A stretch of 63,467 nt of DNA, filler included, from Folioceros fuciformis (Eukaryota), in NCBI GenBank assembly GCA_049999805.1. It is 16 parts of 16 records of this genome, joined end to end, with 100 filler letters (N's around TTAATTAATTAA, not from the genome) between each part and the next. Parts side by side here need not be neighbours in the genome. Positions count along the whole stretch, not along the records: positions 4,367 to 13,709 come from JBNGIO010003728.1; positions 13,810 to 14,971 come from JBNGIO010003729.1; positions 15,072 to 16,617 come from JBNGIO010003730.1; positions 16,718 to 20,509 come from JBNGIO010003731.1; positions 20,610 to 22,577 come from JBNGIO010003732.1; positions 22,678 to 27,777 come from JBNGIO010003733.1; 10 more parts are not named here. One strand, given 5' to 3'. This document shows positions 12,801 to 25,253 of the stretch, in pieces (position 1 is the stretch's first letter; each line of letters opens with the position of its first letter). The notes beneath the pieces were generated by a model, which was not told the DNA's origin, did no database searches, and saw only the letters and a program-made list of their open reading frames with translations. The position numbers were made by a program, and so were the translations under genes.

Positions 12801-13702
12801 AGATTTGCTTCGGAGGAAGATGACAAGGCATACACGAAGGGGGAAGTAGGACTGACATGCAGCCTATACAAGTCATCCACAAGCTCTCCTCGTGCTATGC
12901 AAAGTCTAGGGGCGGACAGTCTGTACATGCAGCAATTGCCCTGCTCCAAGGTAAAACCATAGCAGCCTGATTTCGTAGCTGCTCTAACAGATAGCAGGTT
13001 CTTGGACATAGCAGGTACGTACAAAACGCCTTCAAGCTATATATCCTCACCTTCCAGCAATGAAATGGTAACTGTTCCTGAATCCTTTACAGCTACACCT
13101 CTCGCATCCCCCACATACACTAACTGAGGTGATGTTTGTGATGTGAAGGTGGAGAATAGACTCTGATTATTGCACACATGTGATGTAGCACTAGAGTCTA
13201 TGAACCAGGCAGAAGAGGGATCTCTGGTGGATGTGAAACAGACTGTAAGAACAGTGGAGCTGCTCTTACAAGAAGAGGTTGCAAAGCCCTTGTCCTTCGT
13301 AGCGACATGAGCCTCTGTCCGAACCTCCTTCTTTGGCTCTCCAGCTTTCGTTTTACGATGGTCTCTCTCCCAATGGCCAGGCAACTAACACCAATGACAA
13401 TTTCCTTGTCTCTTGGTGAGTGAAGCTCCTGTACCACCAGGTATCTTCTTACCCTTGCTCTTCATAAATGGTTTCCCCCTAGCAGCAAATAACACCTTCT
13501 CATTCTTGGCTCTTTGATGTTGCCCCCCAAGTCTATGGCGGGACTGCTCTTCTGGAAAGAGTGCACCAGTAAGCTTGCTGAATGTAAGTGTTTGTGTCTG
13601 CCCAGCGGAGATTGCAACCATAGAAAATCTCAAGGCAGCATTCTGGGTTGAAACAAAACTCTGATAGGAGGGAGGAAGGCTGGACAGTAGCTGAGCAACC
13701 AC
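9861..13702 (-). pseudogene. copia gag-pol polyprotein, disrupted
   Basis: ORF pieces 13385-13702, 13037-13384, 12287-13024, 12021-12425, 11438-11998, 10739-11329, 10455-10682, 10122-10451 and 9861-10100 carry PR, IN, RT and RH motifs separated by stops and frameshifts. Confidence 0.92.
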
Positions 13703-13809
13703 TTCGTTCNNNNNNNNNNNNNNNNNNNNNNNNNNNNNNNNNNNNNNNNNNNNTTAATTAATTAANNNNNNNNNNNNNNNNNNNNNNNNNNNNNNNNNNN
13801 NNNNNNNNN

Positions 13810-14971
13810 ACTTTTGTGTTTACCTCTTGCTCAATGTGGTGACTTTTGTGTTTACCTCTTGCTCAATGTGGTGACTTTTGTGTTTACCTCTTGCTCAATG
13901 TCTGTTTCCCATACAAATAGTGCTCACATACGAAGAAATCGGAGAAGTCAAAAGCACATACGTAACGAAAACGAGATAAGATCTTCGTTCCTTTTTGAGA
14001 CATATGTCTTAACCGATAATGCCACAAGGAAACACTTGCCTGTTTCGTTACACAAATCACATGATCCTTAACAGTGGTTACCTGAAGTGAGTANNNNNNN
14101 NNNNNNNNNNNNNNNNNNNNNNNNNNNNNNNNNNNNNNNNNNNNNNNNNNNNNNNNNNNNNNNNNNNNNNNNNNNNNNNNNNNNNNNNNNNNNAAGGAAA
14201 CACTTGGCTGTTCCGTTACACAAATCACATGATCCTGGACAGTGGTTACCTGAAGTGAGTATAAAGTGCCACACTTCGATCCACGAGCTAACACAAGAGA
14301 ACCTTTAGAGATCTTCCAAGAATGATCCCCAAACCAATAGTGGTAGCCAGCGTCATCCAACTGCGCTGCACTAATCATGCTTTTTGTCAACTTTGGAACA
14401 TGCCTGACATCCTTCAATATGAATGAAGATCCGTTGTCGAACTTCAGCCGGACATCACCAATGCCTGCAACCTCGCATGCGTAGTTATTTCCAAGCCAAA
14501 CACATCCTTTCCTAGTAGCATCATAAGTGCTAAACCACTCCCTATGCGGAGTAACATGGAAAGATGCTTTAGAGTCAATTATCCAATTAGAGAATAAGTG
14601 ACTATCCACGGTTGTCAGTTGTGCAAAATCGAAGGAAGAAGAGTTAAGAACATCTCCATCATCAACAGAGTTCACCTCGTCACGCTTGGTACTGGGACTT
14701 GCCTTGTTGTCGCTCCACTTCTTCTCCTTTCCTTTGTCCTTCTTGAATTTCTCGCAGTCCCTTCTAATGTGACCCTTGTTGTGGCAATGGTAACACTCAA
14801 CATTGTTACGACTACAAGATTTGCTACGGGAAAGACTTCGCTCCTTATACTTCCCCTTTGAAGAGGACCTTCCTCTCTCACCATGAGGGCAATGGAACCT
14901 TTCGAAGGTTCCATATTCTTCCTGTTCACCTCCTCTGTTAACAGGCTACCTTCTACATTTACAATGGTAAG
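13810..14971 (-). mobile_element. Family D (Tnt1/Tork-like) copia gag-protease fragment
   Basis: Contains WIIDSKASFHVTPHREWFSTY and is near-identical to 28800-29720. About 3 tandem 32-bp copies at 13810-13900. Confidence 0.88.
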
Positions 14972-15266
14972 NNNNNNNNNNNNNNNNNNNNNNNNNNNNN
15001 NNNNNNNNNNNNNNNTTAATTAATTAANNNNNNNNNNNNNNNNNNNNNNNNNNNNNNNNNNNNNNNNNNNNCTGGATCCTGCCTCGCATCTCGACAAAAG
15101 CCGCAACATCTACGTGCATGACGATCGGGAGTACATGGATAGCCAGCCTGTGGTGGACTGGGGTATCCTTCTTCAGGACTGTCGATTCTAGACCTTCCAA
15201 GCTTATCAATGGATGGTGTCGGGGTGCACACGAAACGTAAAAAAGGTTTTTGTTGGGGTTAGCTCA

Positions 15267-16617
15267 CTCACTGCACTAGCAAGAGTGAGTTAAGTTGTCC
15301 TGCTAGCCCACCTGGTGACTGTGTCATACCTTGGGCCAGTGTACCTGTACACACCATGAGTCCTGGCATATACATTACATAGTACTGAAAAATAGCAAAG
15401 AGTTGCAGGTACCTGACATGTCCGTCAAAAAACATGCTAGAGCCTTTCTTACCAGGAACTAGTAAAAATTCCAATAGAAATATGGTATTCAAGAGCAAAG
15501 AAATCCAGGAGCAATATGGTGGCCCAATCGGCCGGAGGGTTGCCTTTAGGGTTCGCGTTCCTTCTTTAACGTGTGTACTGCAGATACATATAAGTGGCTC
15601 ATCAAGAAGCAAAGGTGTAGCAAGCGCGATTCGGTGCCTCCTAGGTTCAGGGCTACTAGTTGCTTGGCAATACTCCGCTATCAAGCTCCTTTAGACGGTC
15701 ATAGGCATCCCTCCTAAGGTCACGTTGATGGTCATGTGTTTGTTTCAAGCCTGCTTACCTACGATGGATTGGTGGGATGGTTTGCTTATATCNNNNNNNN
15801 NNNNNNNNNNNNNNNNNNNNNNNNNNNNNNNNNNNNNNNNNNNNNNNNNNNNNNNNNNNNNNNNNNNNNNNNNNNNNNNNNNNNNNNNNNNNTTTGCTTA
15901 TATCCCTCCTAAGGTCAGGTTGATGGTCAGGTGTTTGTTTTAAGCTTGCTTACCTACGGCGGACCGGTGGGATGGTTTGCTTATATCCCTCCTAAGGTCA
16001 GGTTGATGGTCAGTTGTTTGTTTCAAGCCTGCTTACCTGTGGCAGACCGGTGGGATGGTTTGCTTATTGCAACAGGGGAGGAATTTTGTAGGATGTGTAC
16101 CCTTGGTGCCCCTAACAAAAGCTAGCATCTATTCGTCCACTACACCTATGCTCAGGAAGTGTGGGGGGAGTTTGTAGTTAGTTGCAGTGCATCTTTCCAA
16201 CTGCAAACGTTGCTATCGTAGAACAAACAGCTCTCTTCAGCCTTAGGGAACCATTTAGCAAGCCTCTTTTCAGGTTCCAATGGTAGGGCCTATTGTGGAG
16301 CTCTTGCCTCTCTGTCTCTTGCTCAATTGCATTGCGGTGGTTTATGGTGGTAAAGATCCATTGTCAACCAAGGCTATGATGTGGAGCTCTTACCTCTCTA
16401 GTCTCTTGCTCAATTGCATTGCGGTGGTTTATGGTAGTAAAGATCCATTGTTAGCCAAGGCTATGATGTGGAGTATTTCGGTGTAAGTACTAATCGCTGC
16501 AAAAGGGATAAGGATAACATCCTTGAGGAAATTCGAATGCAACGACTGGCTCCGAGCTAATTTTCTTGCTTCATGATGTGAGAAGAGATGGAACCACTTA
16601 TGCCCTTGCAGAAGGTA
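15267..16617 (+). mobile_element. LINE ORF2 C-terminal relic (zf-RVT) with internal tandem duplications
   Basis: IPPKVRLMV.CLFQACLP..DRW repeated about 3 times (about 87-bp unit), then FCRMC...HLFVH...AQEVW. Homologous to 878-1200. A second duplication of about 85 bp lies at 16294-16470. Confidence 0.75.
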
Positions 16618-18358
16618 NNNNNNNNNNNNNNNNNNNNNNNNNNNNNNNNNNNNNNNNNNNNTTAATTAATTAANNNNNNNNNNNNNNNNNNNNNNNNNNN
16701 NNNNNNNNNNNNNNNNNGGTGGTGACGGGGGTCTTGATCCTGGCCTAGGAGACCCAAGAAGCCCCGACCCAGAGGTAGAAGCGCCTGACATCTCTTGTGG
16801 ATTTTAAACCAAAGTGTAAGTCGACGATACGTTATGACACAATGCCGAGAGTACGAGTGAAAGAAGAATCACGAGAGATTATGTAATAAAAGTATTACCC
16901 TTCATCTTTTAGAATCCACCCACTACAGTTATTTCCTCCCTTGCTTCAAGTGATCTAAAGGAGAGGAGGAGGAGGCTCGGTGACTTCAGCGCTCTCAAAA
17001 CTAGCACTCCCTTTGTGGAGAAGATCTTCATTGGCGTTGGCCACTTATTGCCAGAGAGCAAGAAGTCTGGTAGGCCGTGTTGGTGGATCAAATGAACCAA
17101 GAGAGTCTCCAGACGAAGCATAAATTTCTTCAATGGATTTCCGGTGAGGATGCACCCGCATTGCCAAACGACGATGAGGAGGAGGCAAAGGATCAGTCTC
17201 NNNNNNNNNNNNNNNNNNNNNNNNNNNNNNNNNNNNNNNNNNNNNNNNNNNNNNNNNNNNNNNNNNNNNNNNNNNNNNNNNNNNNNNNNNNNNNNNNNNN
17301 CTCCCCGCGTGCAGGGTGAGCGCCCTGGGCGCAGCGCTCCACCGCGATCGCGATGGCGGTAGCACGCTCCTCGCTGAGTGCCTGCAGCCTCGCCCGCTTG
17401 TGATGGGGATATGGCGTCGGTGCGCCCTAGAAAATTCCTTCCTCCTGCACAAGATTCAAACCAGATTGAGCTCCTAGCTTGCCGATTTGCCTGTGCACCT
17501 GGGCAGAAGCAAATCCATCACAATCTAGACAAATCCTCACAAATCCTCATCCTTCAGGAGTAGTGAGGAGAGAATTATTGATTGTCTGCTCCTTTGGAAG
17601 TGGCAGAAGGCTCCCAGATGCCCAGGGGACATGAGCATCTTCTGAAAAACCTTTTTGAAGACAATCGACTGTTGGGCTTGATCTTGGGGTGCAAGTGCAA
17701 GCACAGTTGCGATTTAGGCCAAGTGCTTGGGTCCTTCTGGTAAGGTGGAGGTCCTCTCCAAAAATCAAATCATGATTTGAAGCAAAATGGTCGGAATCCT
17801 CCCCAACAAAGTTGCTAGAGAAAAGCAAGAGCTCTCCTGCCACTGATTGCACCAACCTTGGTGTGATTCTATGGGCAGGAATTGGAGTTGATCCAAGGCG
17901 AGTTGGCCTAGGCAATCATGCATGAAGAAGACGGGGAGATCGAACAGTATGGCGCCGTCTTCTGGCCATGATTGGGCTAGAAGGTCACGCGCGTCGAATT
18001 GCCGGGGAGAGGCAGAATGCCTCTCTCTTTATTTTTAAGAATCATACAGGCTGATGTCTGTTCATATGTGCACGAAAGCAAATGAGATCTATAGAAAGTT
18101 GATAGAAGTTTGATAGCCCGTCATCCATCAAAACTCCAATATTAATCTCATTGGGGTCGGATTAGTACTCTAATGGGGGACCTACCCCATGCCTTAAGTT
18201 CCCTTTTTTTTCCCTTCTCTAAAAGATTTTTTTTTATTTTATAGGCATATTCACAGCCAAGACACTATGCTACCTAGACATTCTACCTAGACATTCTAGG
18301 ACAAGAAATCTTCTAGGCATGATAAATATAGGCCCTCCGAGCCGTAGCTCTGATACCA

Positions 18359-18567
18359 AGTTAGAATTGCTAACGCGGAAGCAGATGCATTGAAAATGAT
18401 CTATTAGCAAATTAATTAGGTGAATACAAAGGTAGGACTTAAGTAGCAGTTTACGAAGGCGTGTGCCCTTTGACTAACCTGCCAGGTGACTAACTACACT
18501 TATAACTATGTCTAGTTAGGCTAACCAACGTAATACAGAACCACATGGTCTGCCTTATATTCCAACT
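18359..18567 (-). repeat. Family E copia LTR (209 bp) followed by PBS tggtatcagagc (18347-18358)
   Basis: Homologous to 62121-62323. Inserted into a family D integrase fragment. Confidence 0.8.
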
Positions 18568-18830
18568 TATTAGAAGATCTGTTAATAAGATGCACTACAG
18601 TAGCCACTGCTTCTGCCCAAAATCCGTTAGGCAATCCAGAGTTTGACAACAAACTATGCATTCTCTCTTGGATGGTCCTGTTCATCCGTTCAGCCACACC
18701 ATTCTGGGGAGGAGTATATGGCGCAGTCAATTCTCTCTTGATTCCCTTGGAATCACAGAATGAGTGGAAAGCCTTCGAAACATACTCTCCCCCATTGTCT
18801 GTCCTTAGACACTTCAATCAGAGGCCAAAC
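18568..18830 (-). pseudogene. Family D copia integrase core fragment
   Basis: KCLRTDNGGEY...PYTPPQNGVAERMNRT...FWAEAV. Confidence 0.9.
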
Positions 18831-19072
18831 TGATGATCTAGGAGAGCCAAATGCACGGGAGCGAGTGTTAGCCAAGGGATGTCTTTGGAGCCATAGATGT
18901 GGAAGGTGTGACTGAGAGAACAATATGAAGGTTATTGGGGTAGTCCATGGATGTCAACGTATTGACATGGTTGTGCAGCACTTATGTAGCTTATCAATGG
19001 AGTAAGTACAGAAAGGGCAAGGTAGTTGCTGTGGTACCGCAAGCTAGGCCAACCAAAGCGAAGGAAACCAAG

Positions 19073-19816
19073 TGTGGTGGCAAAACCCCAGGCACTATTT
19101 GCCAACGGGTTCAACCTTTAGCGGCCACACTTATCCCACTGTCGTTGAGACGTTGGGTTTCGTTCCCACGAAGGAGCGATGGGGTTCCTAGCTGCTTAGG
19201 TCAGACTCAATCGTTTTGATGACGGATTCGAGGGCTCCCCTCTAGCTCTGATCAGGCGTGGGACAGTCCTTGTTGTCCAGCGGTCAACTGCACCTCTCTC
19301 GGTGCCCACAAACTCACTCTAGTCACTACAACGACCCTAAGCTCTCAAATCTGCGATTTCCCTCACTCACTTCACTCACTCACTCACTCTAGCACTAGCA
19401 ACCAGCAACGACACCACTACCTTCTACGCTTCCCTATGGACTCCCCCTACCCGGCAAGAGTCACTGGACTAACCCCAAAGAAAAACATGCCGCCACCCAC
19501 GATCCTACCAGACACCATGCAATCACGGTTGGCACTCACTCCGGCCTTATGAGGAAACGAAAATGACAGATCATGGGGACACGACATAGAGAGCACAATC
19601 AAGAATTAAAAGGGACCCCGCCCTTAACCCTAGCCACCACTTCTCAAAGCTTTACTAGACGCTGCACACATGCACAGCCGGGACACACATTGTTGTATCC
19701 AAGTAGGGACAGCCTGAGAGAGCTCGCAAAGTGACAACCTACCTCCTACAGGCTCTGACAACCTGCCTCCTACAGGCTCACCTGATCTTATAGGAGCCTC
19801 TCTCTCTCTGACTTCA
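19073..19816 (+). mobile_element. Family B LTR-like repeat (starts TGTGG.GGCAAAACCCC)
   Basis: The same sharp TG terminus is seen at 19073, 39026, 24201 (-) and 54748 (-), each with a different flank. This copy is interrupted at 19816. Confidence 0.8.
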
Positions 19817-20509
19817 TGTGGAGTCCACATAGTAGATAGATTCCCTAGAAAAATGATAGTATTTTTTTTTTAATGAATTGTGGTTGCATCCTTTGGCAGA
19901 GTAGATAGGGAATTGAGCTAAGTAGGACAATTAGGGCCCGGGTGGTGCTTGTGGTCGAAGGGATAACGAGTCCTGGGGATAGGGTGTCCAGATCTTTGTG
20001 GAACCCTAGATCTGTGAGTAGAGGCGAGTGGGGTTCCATGGAGCGGGCAGGCAGTGAACGAGGATGGCTAGCCGAAACAGGGCAGAGTAGTACAGCAACC
20101 GGAAGGAATGGCAAGCAATCGTGGCGAGGAGAAGGAGGAGACTAGGCTGTGGGGACTTGCAGGCTGGTGGCGGGAGAGATCAGGCCAGTCCGGCAGCAAG
20201 CGCCTAGGCAGTCGGGTAGCAGCCTGGCTGATCAGCAGGCAGGTAGCCCCACAGCGGTGGAGGTAGGTGGCAGCGCTGGATCCGTAGGCGTAGTAGGCCG
20301 GGATCGAATTCGGGATGGGGTCGGGCCTGGATCCGGCTGGCCGCAGGCACAAGAGGCAGGCGGTCCAGCCCGTCAGCATGCAGGCACCCAGACCGGCCCG
20401 GCAGTGGCCAGCGCAGCCGGTCAGGCTGTAGGCAAGCAGAAGCAGCGGGAGTCGGCCTAGCTGCTTGGCCAGCAGATCCTGGGACCTGGCTGGGCGGCCG
20501 GACTGGTCG
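19817..20509 (+). mobile_element. LTR-like insertion starting TGTGGAGTCC, GC-rich interior
   Basis: Breaks family B exactly where other copies continue (gacttca|cctctc) and starts with TG. Confidence 0.55.
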
Positions 20510-20609
20510 NNNNNNNNNNNNNNNNNNNNNNNNNNNNNNNNNNNNNNNNNNNNTTAATTAATTAANNNNNNNNNNNNNNNNNNNNNNNNNNNNNNNNNNN
20601 NNNNNNNNN

Positions 20610-22577
20610 CTTATAACTTTAGTTCTTAGTAGAATATTCTCTTAAGAGTATTATTATCTTAATTTATTCTAGTAGAGATTTATTAGAATTAGATAGTATA
20701 CTTAGTAACTAATTTAGTTTACTATAAGTACTAGATTTATTATTCTACTTAAGCTTCTTTTTTCTAGACTTTAAAGATAGTTTAGAGATAGTCTTTAAAG
20801 ACTAATTAGTTCTTAAATATTCTTATATTTTTAGTATTAGTAATATTATTATTTATATACTTAGTAAAGAAAAAAATTATCTAGTCTTAGGNNNNNNNNN
20901 NNNNNNNNNNNNNNNNNNNNNNNNNNNNNNNNNNNNNNNNNNNNNNNNNNNNNNNNNNNNNNNNNNNNNNNNNNNNNNNNNNNNNNNNNNNATAGTAACT
21001 AAGATAACTTAATTATTAGTATTAATATTAGAGTTAAGGTAGAAATAAGTATTTTACTAGATAATCTATTATTTTAACTTTTAATAATTACTATAATACT
21101 TATTAAGTTTCTTTACTAGTTTAGATAGGTATCTAGTATTACTAGTAGTAGTAGCTAGAGGTGTATCTATTTCTATATTACTTATTTTAAGAGTAATTAA
21201 AGTATTATAGGCTATACTTAAGAGTATATAAAGTACTTAAGATATACGATAAATATAGGTATTAAGTATAGTAGTACTTAAGTTAAGTTTTATAGATAGA
21301 GTAAGTTTAATAGATAGAGTTAAGATAACTAAGTAGTCTTAAGTATAGTACTTAAGTTAGATAACTAAGTTAATTATAATATTCTAGTAATATTAAATTA
21401 TAAGATTTATATATATAAGGCTTTCTATAGTTTCTATAAAGTTCTATAAATTCTATATATAGGTTACTATAAAATTCTATAGTCCTTTCTATAGTTCTAT
21501 ACTTATTTAAGAATACTAAGTATAGAATTATAGAACTATATAACCTAGTATTATTAATTAGATATCTAATACCTTAAGGTAACTAGGCTTTATACTTTAT
21601 ATATTTTCTTACTTATAAGTACTATACTTTACTCTTTAGGTTTATTATAATAAGCTACTTCTATAATATTATCTATACTAGTACTTCTATAGAAGTATCT
21701 ACTTAAGTCTCTACTATAATACTATAGTTTCTTAGCCTACTTAAGTAGTATCTTTTTACTTATATACTCTATTAAGTATATTATATAACTTTACTATACT
21801 ATACTTTTATAGTAATAAATACTAAGACTATTAGCCTTATACTAGAGTTATAGAGTTATAATACTTATCTACTAAAATAGAATAAAGTAGTAAAGTAGCT
21901 AGAAAATAATTTATTAAAAAAGTTACTAAAAAATAATAGATTACTATAGATTAAATAAATCTTTTAACTATAGAAGTTATATATTTAAGAAATAGATTTT
22001 CTTTAGTTTAGTTACTTTTTATAGTTATTCTAAGTTACTAACTTTCTTATTAGATTAGCTAAGTAATATATACTTCGTTTATTTTAGTTAATCTATTATA
22101 TATACTATTATAACTACTAAAGCTTAGTATAGTCTACTTACTTAAGTTATATTATTATTAATACTTTAAAAGCTCTTATAACCTCTATAATCTTTATAGT
22201 TTTCTAACTAAAGTAGTAGTAGATAAGACCTATAATACTAAAATAATAAAATATAATAGGTACTTACGCTATATATATTATAGTATAGTAGAAGTATATA
22301 TAATAAGATTTATTAGAGTAAGTATTAAATTAATATAAAAGAGTATAAGAGATCTCGTAGAAAAAAAAAAAGAAAAGAATTCTAATAAGTTTATTATCTA
22401 CTAAAACCTTTTCGTAATTTATTACTTAATTAATTTTACTACTTATTATCTAATTACGAGTTAAAGTCTTCTACTCTATTAATTCTAATATATAATCCGC
22501 TATTCTATACTATAGTATAGTTATCGGCTTTAAGAGAGATCTCTTAAGAGAAGTATAGTACGTCTTCTATATAATAT
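20610..22577. other. Extremely AT-rich scaffold with a RIP-type dinucleotide signature (probable ascomycete repeat relic)
   Basis: By eye, no CpA and a single TpG (21162) in about 1.87 kb of called bases. TpA is very abundant and there are no ORFs. Confidence 0.85.
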
Positions 22578-23056
22578 NNNNNNNNNNNNNNNNNNNNNNN
22601 NNNNNNNNNNNNNNNNNNNNNTTAATTAATTAANNNNNNNNNNNNNNNNNNNNNNNNNNNNNNNNNNNNNNNNNNNNTGTCCGCCCTTCCTGCTCCTTTG
22701 CCATCTTGCTTCCCGTTCCTTGCCCGTGCCATTGGTTTTTTTTGTAAGGTACGTATACGGTCCATATACGTACATCCATGTATTTTATATGTATTGATAC
22801 ATATTAATACGTATATGGTATCTATATTTCCGTTTTCTTTTTCTTTTTTTCCCCTAATTTCCCTTTTCTAATTTCTCTCTTATTTTTCTGGATTTAATTC
22901 CAGAAATTCCAACTCTACTCTTTCTCACATGTTTCCTTCTCTTGATAGTCTAGGATNNNNNNNNNNNNNNNNNNNNNNNNNNNNNNNNNNNNNNNNNNNN
23001 NNNNNNNNNNNNNNNNNNNNNNNNNNNNNNNNNNNNNNNNNNNNNNNNNNNNNNNN

Positions 23057-24201
23057 CCTCATCCTTGTCTTCTCCCACTGCTCATACTCCTCCCATGGAG
23101 ACAGGCTCAGCCACCAGGGGGAACAGTTGCAGGGGAAGGCTTTGCGGGCAGCCATCCACAAAGAAAGAGGTGACGTCCGCAAGATCTTTGAAGATCAGGC
23201 ATTCTTCAAGGTCTTAGAATAGTTTAATAGGTGGTGGATACTTGTGGTGGTAGGGTCAGCAGGTTGTAGGGCTAGCTCATCAATATTGGCGGTAGGACGT
23301 GCTAGCAAAGTCTAAATAAGTGACTGGTGATAGTCGGCTGGGCTAGTGGTCTTGTTAAAATAATAATTGTCAAGCTAGAGAGAGGTGAGGAAAGAGAGAG
23401 AGGCTCTTATAAGATCAAGTGAGCTTGTAAGAGGCAGGTTGTCACTTCACGACCTCTCTTGTGATCTGTCCTGCATGGTTGAGGACGAGCAGCATGTTGC
23501 TAGCTATGTAGTGTATGGTAGAATCGCGAGCCGCGTGTTGCCGGCTATACAACGTCTGGTAGAATTACGAGCAGCGTGTTGCCAGCTGTACAGCGTCTGG
23601 TAGAATCGTGAGCAGTGTGTTGGCGACTGTGTAGTGTCTTCTAGGATCATGAGGTGTGATGACCAGGGTTGAGGGCGAGGTCCCTTTAATTCTTAATTAT
23701 GCTCTCCATGTCGTGCCCCATGATCTGTCATTCTTGTTTCCTCGTAGGACTGGAGTGAGTGCCGACCATGCTCGCATGGTGTCTGGTAAGATCGTGGGTT
23801 GTGGCATGCTCTTCTTTGGGATTAGTCTAGTGACTCTTGCCGAGTGGGGAAGTCAAGAGGGAAGTGTAGAAGGTAGTGGTGTTGTTGATGGTGCTGGAGT
23901 GAGTGAGTGAGGGAAGTCGCAAACCTGAGAGGTTAGTGTCGTTGTAGTGGCTGGAGTGAATTTGTGGGCACAGAGAGAGGTGCAATCATCCGTTGGATAG
24001 CGAGGACTGTCCCACGCCCAATTGGAGCTAGAGGGAAGCCCTCCAATCTGTTATCGAGTTAATTGAGTCCATCCATAGCAGCGAGGAACCCCATCGCTCC
24101 TTCGTGGGACCGAAATCCAATGTCTTAACAACAGTGGGATAAGTGTGGCCACTAAAGGTCAGACCCATTGGCAAACAGTTGCCCGGGGTTTTTCCACCAC
24201 A
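23057..24201 (-). mobile_element. Family B LTR-like repeat
   Basis: Reverse-complement match to 39026-40150; terminus ...ccaccaca at 24201. Confidence 0.8.
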
Positions 24202-25253
24202 CCATAATACAAGGTTGCTTTTCATGTGCCCCTTAGATTGGCGCGAAGGTGTGACTGACAAACTCCCAGCCAACGAGGGTACCCTATGCTGGCCCAATCG
24301 CAACTCTCGTGTCCCTCTCATCGCAAAGGAAAACACTTCACTTCGAATACTCTATGGACCTTCATTACGTAGGGTCTCCTACGATCAAGAGGGTGGTGCA
24401 AGTGTTTGTGCAAATTTGAGGGAGCAAGCTCATCGGCCTGAGCCAGGCTTTAGCGGCGTCGATCTCCACCCAATGACCTTGGCACTAGCCTCAACTTGGC
24501 ATCCTCGCATTCACACGATAGGATGCAGCACACACGCAAGAATCCGCTCTCTAGGTGATTGCAAGATCGTGCTTGTGTGCACGAATTTGGGAGGCACTCA
24601 GCAGCCAGGCGGCGGTGGCCGCGCCCAACAGCGGCGCCTAGCAGCCATGGGATTAGCCCAAGCCGCAAGGAGGCTCGGATCTCGGCTGCTAAGCTGTAGG
24701 GGAAGGTCGAGGTTGAGGGGTGGCCTAGATCCCGTCCAAGGCACGAGATGGACCAGATCCCGGCCGCAAGGCGGCGAGATTAGGTCCAAGCAACAGGGAA
24801 GCCTGGATCCTTGTCACAAGGCAGTGGGATCAGGCCTCGGGTGCGGGGTAGCCTGGATCTCAACTGCGAAGGGATCAAGCCTAGCCATGGACAGCCGAAT
24901 CCTGGTGAGGCGGCAAGATCAGGCCATGGTAGCAGGGTAGCTCGAATCCCAGACGCTAGGCAATGCAGCCCGGATCCAGAGGCCCAAGGCGGCCTAATTC
25001 TGGACGCTAGGAATTGCGGCCGGATTCAAACCCCACAGTAATTGGATCTGAGCCGCAATCGGTCGGATCAAGGCCCGGCCATGGGGCGACCAGATATCGA
25101 CCGCGGGGTAAGCAGATCCAATCTTGCCAAGGTCAAAATCGTGTTTCAGGATTGGGTTATGACCTTCTGGACGCGAGAAGGATTGGATTAGGACTCGAGC
25201 TCGAGGTGGTCAAATAGAGGTCTCACTCAGGATTTTTGGCTTCATCAGCCTGC

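Larger units (their letters stand above)
4725..13709 (-). mobile_element. Outer Ty1/copia element (5'-truncated by the scaffold end), interrupted by a nested copia
   Basis: Minus-strand domain order: gag (13385-13702), Zn knuckle CHWC..GH, protease WFIDSSATSH, LWHARLGH, integrase, RT (YVDD), RNaseH ending at 9861. PPT aagtggggg at 4773-4781 is followed by a probable 3' LTR starting at 4772. Confidence 0.88.

Noticed and set aside
14030-14262. Duplicated sequence on both sides of N gaps (also 53091-53345, 59030-59350, 33215-33335)
   Set aside because: Typical unmerged contig overlaps or allelic/paralogous variants at scaffold gaps.
21500-21600. Possible hAT TRWNS motif in the RIP-like scaffold
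   Set aside because: The required changes are not explained by CpA>TpA mutation, so the element type cannot be assigned.
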